IMG/VR virus record: IMGVR_UViG_3300033073_001657
Span: 1 to 29,418 of that record
Direction: 5' to 3' (one strand)
From: a virus
Lineage: Duplodnaviria; Heunggongvirae; Uroviricota; Caudoviricetes
DNA: 29,418 nucleotides
Part shown: one piece after another, positions 26,402-29,418 of the stretch
Layout of the letters: every line of letters starts with the position of its first letter
How positions within the stretch are numbered: position 1 is the stretch's first letter
The notes under the pieces: generated by a model
Databases searched by the model: none
Told to the model about the DNA's origin: nothing
The model's input: the letters and a program-made list of their open reading frames with translations, nothing else
Program-made: the position numbers and the translations under genes

Positions 26402-28276
26402 TTACGCTATATCTTCTGGTTGATCCTCCTTCATATCAGGCTCAATAAAACGTGAATCCTGATTAGCTTCATTTACGTTAAGTGTCTTTCCCACCTCATT
26501 TTGTAGATTAAAAAACTCGGCTGAGATTGAGGCAGGTGTCTCTTTCTTAAATCCTTCAAAGTTTGAAGTTTTAATCATGTCAATTATCTCTTCAGACTTT
26601 ACAAAGCTCGGAAGTTCGACTATTTTAAAGTCCTTTGATATTCTTAATGGAATATCTCTCTTCTTAATATAATCAAACTGTAAAGCATAATCCTTTACTC
26701 GACGATCAGTGGTTCCCCATAGGATCGGTTCGTATTTTGGTCTAAGTTCTTTTATGATATCTGATATCTGCCCGCTAGGGACAATCATGACGTTCGCAAT
26801 CAATTCAGGATATTCCTGCTGAACTTTATTCAGCATTAATCTAGTTAGGCCTAAAGAAAAAGGCGACTTTTTTGTAGGGATCTCCCTCTTTATTGCAATA
26901 AAAACTGTCTTGTTTCCATTCTTCTCCTTCAATGCTTTGGCTGCTTTGATATGACCCATCGTTACTGGCTGGAATCCTCCAATTAGGATATTTATGGGTT
27001 CAGCTTCTTGTTTTTCTCCAATCTGTTTTGCGTGTTCGACTTCACTTAAGGCTATGTAATCATTAGGTGCTCCTATAAATTCACTAAAGCTTGGAAATAG
27101 ACCTTCATATACAGCGTCTCCCATTATGATATTCTTGATCTTTTGAACGATCAAGTTAAGTTGAGAAATCATTTCAGGTGTAAAGAAACCTACACTAGAT
27201 TTCTTTCTTACTTTTCTAAAGAAGTTAAGAAGAACCTTATAGATCTCCAGGTTAGTCGAATTCTTTTTAATTAAGTTTACAACTTCAGGATCACCTACTA
27301 GATTCACATCAAGTTCAAATTCAGGACGCTTTAAGTATTCAGGTACCTCTAATTCAAGACCATCATACTTTTCAGAATAGTCGGCTAAAAAGTCTTTAAA
27401 GATCTTATTGATCAAGTCAATATACTTTTGTTCATATGACTCTGAATCAGATATCATCTTACGTAAGTCATCAATATCGTACATCTCAAAGTGATTCATC
27501 AAGTCGATGACGATCAACCAGATATAATCTTGTGAATTTGAAGTCTTAGGCTGAACCTCTTGCGATCTGTGCTGAAAGATCGGATCGACTAATTTTGCTA
27601 AAAATGCTTCGTTTTCTGAATCTTCTCCATAAAATCTAAAGACGATCGTTTCAAGTTCTCTATCTGAGAATTCAGAAGTTTCGTCTGGGCAAAGAACGGA
27701 GATGATGTATTTAGTGAATGATGTAGTCTTAAATTTTTCTTCAAGATCCTTTTGTTCAGTATAAACAAATTCTAATATCTTACTCTTTTGTTCATCATCT
27801 AATTTACCTTCAAAAATAATAGGTGGAGCGTCTACTTCTAAATAGCTAGCCCATCGAGTCAGCTGATCCTTTGATTGAAGAGTTTCAACAATCTTACCAT
27901 TTTCATCCAATCGATGAATGTAAGAGAGAACCAAGTTATTTTTAGGCAGATCTGCTCTTTTGCTTGATCTAATATCGCTCTTAGTAAAATACTCAAATCC
28001 AAAAAAGAAGTTAGCTGGAATACGTTGTCTCTTTTCATCAGACAAGTTATGAAAGTGCAGGATTGCAGGATTGTAATATTTCATCAAGACCTGATCGACA
28101 TACGTAATCTCACCAGACTTTTTAAAGTACTTAAACTTGTCTTCCTGAGTCTTCTTTACTCCAAAGAAGGCTCCATCAACTTTCTCATTGATTATCACAT
28201 ATTGATTAAGTAATCCATTTAAGAAAGATTCGCCCTTCTTTTCATAGATCTCCTTTAAGTTGTTTATTCCTGCCAT
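26402..28276 (-). CDS. Fusion of ATP-dependent RNA-ligase-like nucleotidyltransferase and HIGH-family (cytidylyltransferase-like) domain
   Basis: Ligase motifs: I NEKVDG, III FGFEY, APPIIFEG, IV ETIVF, V AKLVDP. C-terminal domain: ILIGGFQPVTMGH, KKSPFS, WGTTDRRVKDY. Confidence 0.7.
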   Translation of the reverse strand: MAGINNLKEIYEKKGESFLNGLLNQYVIINEKVDGAFFGVKKTQEDKFKYFKKSGEITYVDQVLMKYYNPAILHFHNLSDEKRQRIPANFFFGFEYFTKSDIRSSKRADLPKNNLVLSYIHRLDENGKIVETLQSKDQLTRWASYLEVDAPPIIFEGKLDDEQKSKILEFVYTEQKDLEEKFKTTSFTKYIISVLCPDETSEFSDRELETIVFRFYGEDSENEAFLAKLVDPIFQHRSQEVQPKTSNSQDYIWLIVIDLMNHFEMYDIDDLRKMISDSESYEQKYIDLINKIFKDFLADYSEKYDGLELEVPEYLKRPEFELDVNLVGDPEVVNLIKKNSTNLEIYKVLLNFFRKVRKKSSVGFFTPEMISQLNLIVQKIKNIIMGDAVYEGLFPSFSEFIGAPNDYIALSEVEHAKQIGEKQEAEPINILIGGFQPVTMGHIKAAKALKEKNGNKTVFIAIKREIPTKKSPFSLGLTRLMLNKVQQEYPELIANVMIVPSGQISDIIKELRPKYEPILWGTTDRRVKDYALQFDYIKKRDIPLRISKDFKIVELPSFVKSEEIIDMIKTSNFEGFKKETPASISAEFFNLQNEVGKTLNVNEANQDSRFIEPDMKEDQPEDIA

Positions 28277-28288
28277 GAATTTATCTTT

Positions 28289-28840
28289 TTAGATTTCCGG
28301 TTCAGTCGGTTTTTGTGTAGTTTGAGTTTGATCCTGTGCTGGTTTTTCTTCTGGCTTAGGTGCATCCATCGCTTTTCTAATACTTAAAGAATCAATTCCT
28401 ATTGAGAGACTTGCGATATTGTCGGAATCTTCTGGATTCGCTGTAAAATACTCAATGACCTTTTTAAGGTTTAAGTTAAGATCAGATTCACCAAATCCTC
28501 CATCCATCTCTATTTTTTGTCTTAATGTTTTAGATGCTTTCCAAGTTCCGCTATAGCTCAATGACCAACAATAGAATCTTACCTCTTCTTTCTTGCTATC
28601 GTAATAGTGTACAATATCTTTGATTCTTGCAATCACTCCATTAGCATCTCTATAGGTTATAGTTCGACCTAAATTGTCTGAAGGTATTCCGAATCTTACT
28701 TTATCTGAAAGAACTTCCATTAATTGCTCGATTCTTTCGATTATTTCGTTTTCTTTATATCCTTTTAATGGAGCGCTCAATTCAGCCTCTTCTGCTTCTT
28801 TAATATATTGTAAATAGCCTAACGTATATTTGGTTGCCAT
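28289..28840 (-). CDS. Hypothetical late protein
   Basis: 183 aa; N-terminus MATKYTLGYLQYIKEA; low-complexity P/Q/T/E C-terminus. Confidence 0.75.
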   Translation of the reverse strand: MATKYTLGYLQYIKEAEEAELSAPLKGYKENEIIERIEQLMEVLSDKVRFGIPSDNLGRTITYRDANGVIARIKDIVHYYDSKKEEVRFYCWSLSYSGTWKASKTLRQKIEMDGGFGESDLNLNLKKVIEYFTANPEDSDNIASLSIGIDSLSIRKAMDAPKPEEKPAQDQTQTTQKPTEPEI

Positions 28841-28856
28841 CCTAAATTATTTTTTA

Positions 28857-28865
28857 TTATTTATT
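28857..28865 (-). promoter_or_regulatory. T4-late-like promoter (T)AATAAATAA(TAAAA)
   Basis: 16 nt upstream of ATG 28840. Confidence 0.6.
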
Positions 28866-28872
28866 ATGGCTA

Positions 28873-29418
28873 TCAACCCCTATTTAGTAGATCATTTAGC
28901 ATTCTATTGAATTGAATCGAACTCTCTTCATCAAAATGATTAGTCATACGACTGAATTCGTTATTTCTTTTTATATCAGTGATTTGAGTGTTGAATTCTG
29001 AGAATATTCTCTCAAAGAGTTCTTTCTCATGATCAGCGTTTTCAAAGTTACCAAAGTAGTCTTTTTCTCTTTTTGTAATTTCGATAGTTTCATCACGATC
29101 CACGTACAACAACTTAACATCATTAAAAAGATCGCTAGAGAGAATCTTTCTAAATTCTTCCAATAATCTAAACTGACCCATTCGCTCTCGATAGATCGAC
29201 CATACGTATGCTGAAAAGATACACCGATCAAAGACTAGGACCTTATCTTTTAATAGAGTATTATTAAGTTCAAGAATAGTTAAGACATTTGCGATACTGA
29301 AATAGTGAACTCCAGGACCAGTTTCTTGATCTCTCATCTTAAGTTCATCGATGTATTTCGCGAATTGAAACTTATAATAGTGAACATTTGGATTCTTATT
29401 CTCTTCAAAAAACTTTTC
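28873..29418 (-). CDS. Thymidylate/dNMP-kinase-like protein, N-terminus beyond the right window edge
   Basis: The frame stays open from 29418 (EKFFEENKNPNVHYYKFQFAKYIDELKMRD...). VLVFDRCIFSAYVWS resembles the TMK DR motif; the P-loop would lie outside the window. Confidence 0.6.
   Translation of the reverse strand, partial: EKFFEENKNPNVHYYKFQFAKYIDELKMRDQETGPGVHYFSIANVLTILELNNTLLKDKVLVFDRCIFSAYVWSIYRERMGQFRLLEEFRKILSSDLFNDVKLLYVDRDETIEITKREKDYFGNFENADHEKELFERIFSEFNTQITDIKRNNEFSRMTNHFDEESSIQFNRMLNDLLNRG

Noticed and set aside
220-29231. Short ORF-track entries on the opposite strand or frame of long genes (220, 1656, 1789, 5899, 6810, 9520, 11982, 12217, 14072, 14541, 16900, 17314, 17869, 19723, 20131, 20847, 20908, 21747, 28025, 28971)
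   Set aside because: They are fully shadowed by genes with clear family motifs or operon context and have no recognisable motifs; they are probably antisense or off-frame artefacts.
1-29418. Giant eukaryotic virus (NCLDV) or eukaryotic origin, suggested by NEIL1-like, DnaJ, topo II and ferritin-like genes
   Set aside because: The gp23-like capsid, gp21-like protease, contractile baseplate genes, two-subunit topoisomerase, intrinsic terminators and operon coupling all indicate a tailed bacteriophage.
1-29418. Stop-codon reassignment (seen in some large phages)
   Set aside because: Long conserved genes translate intact with the standard bacterial code. TAA, TGA (1450) and TAG (18391) all end genes at sensible positions.

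Overview
AT-rich segment of a large T4-like (contractile-tailed, probably jumbo) bacteriophage genome. The host is possibly Bacteroidota, inferred from A-rich starts without Shine-Dalgarno sites and lipoprotein/signal-peptide styles. Plus-strand block (650-8155): a NEIL1-like DNA glycosylase, a DinG/XPD-like helicase, both type IIA topoisomerase subunits, small membrane/secreted ORFs, and a DIP1984-like coiled-coil gene followed by a ~190-nt structured non-coding element. Minus-strand head block (8386-14907): class III adenylate cyclase, ferritin-like protein, gp23-like major capsid, fused prohead protease-scaffold and DnaJ. Two plus-strand ORFs follow, including a degenerate NeuB-like gene. 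Then come a baseplate module (spike, hub, LysM/gp53-like) and late genes: probable head-internal proteins, a metallophosphoesterase, an RNA-ligase-like/HIGH-nucleotidyltransferase fusion and a partial dNMP kinase. A T4-late-like promoter motif (nATAAATAA) recurs ten times. No tRNA, CRISPR array or mobile element was seen. All family calls come from motif recognition by eye; no database search was run.
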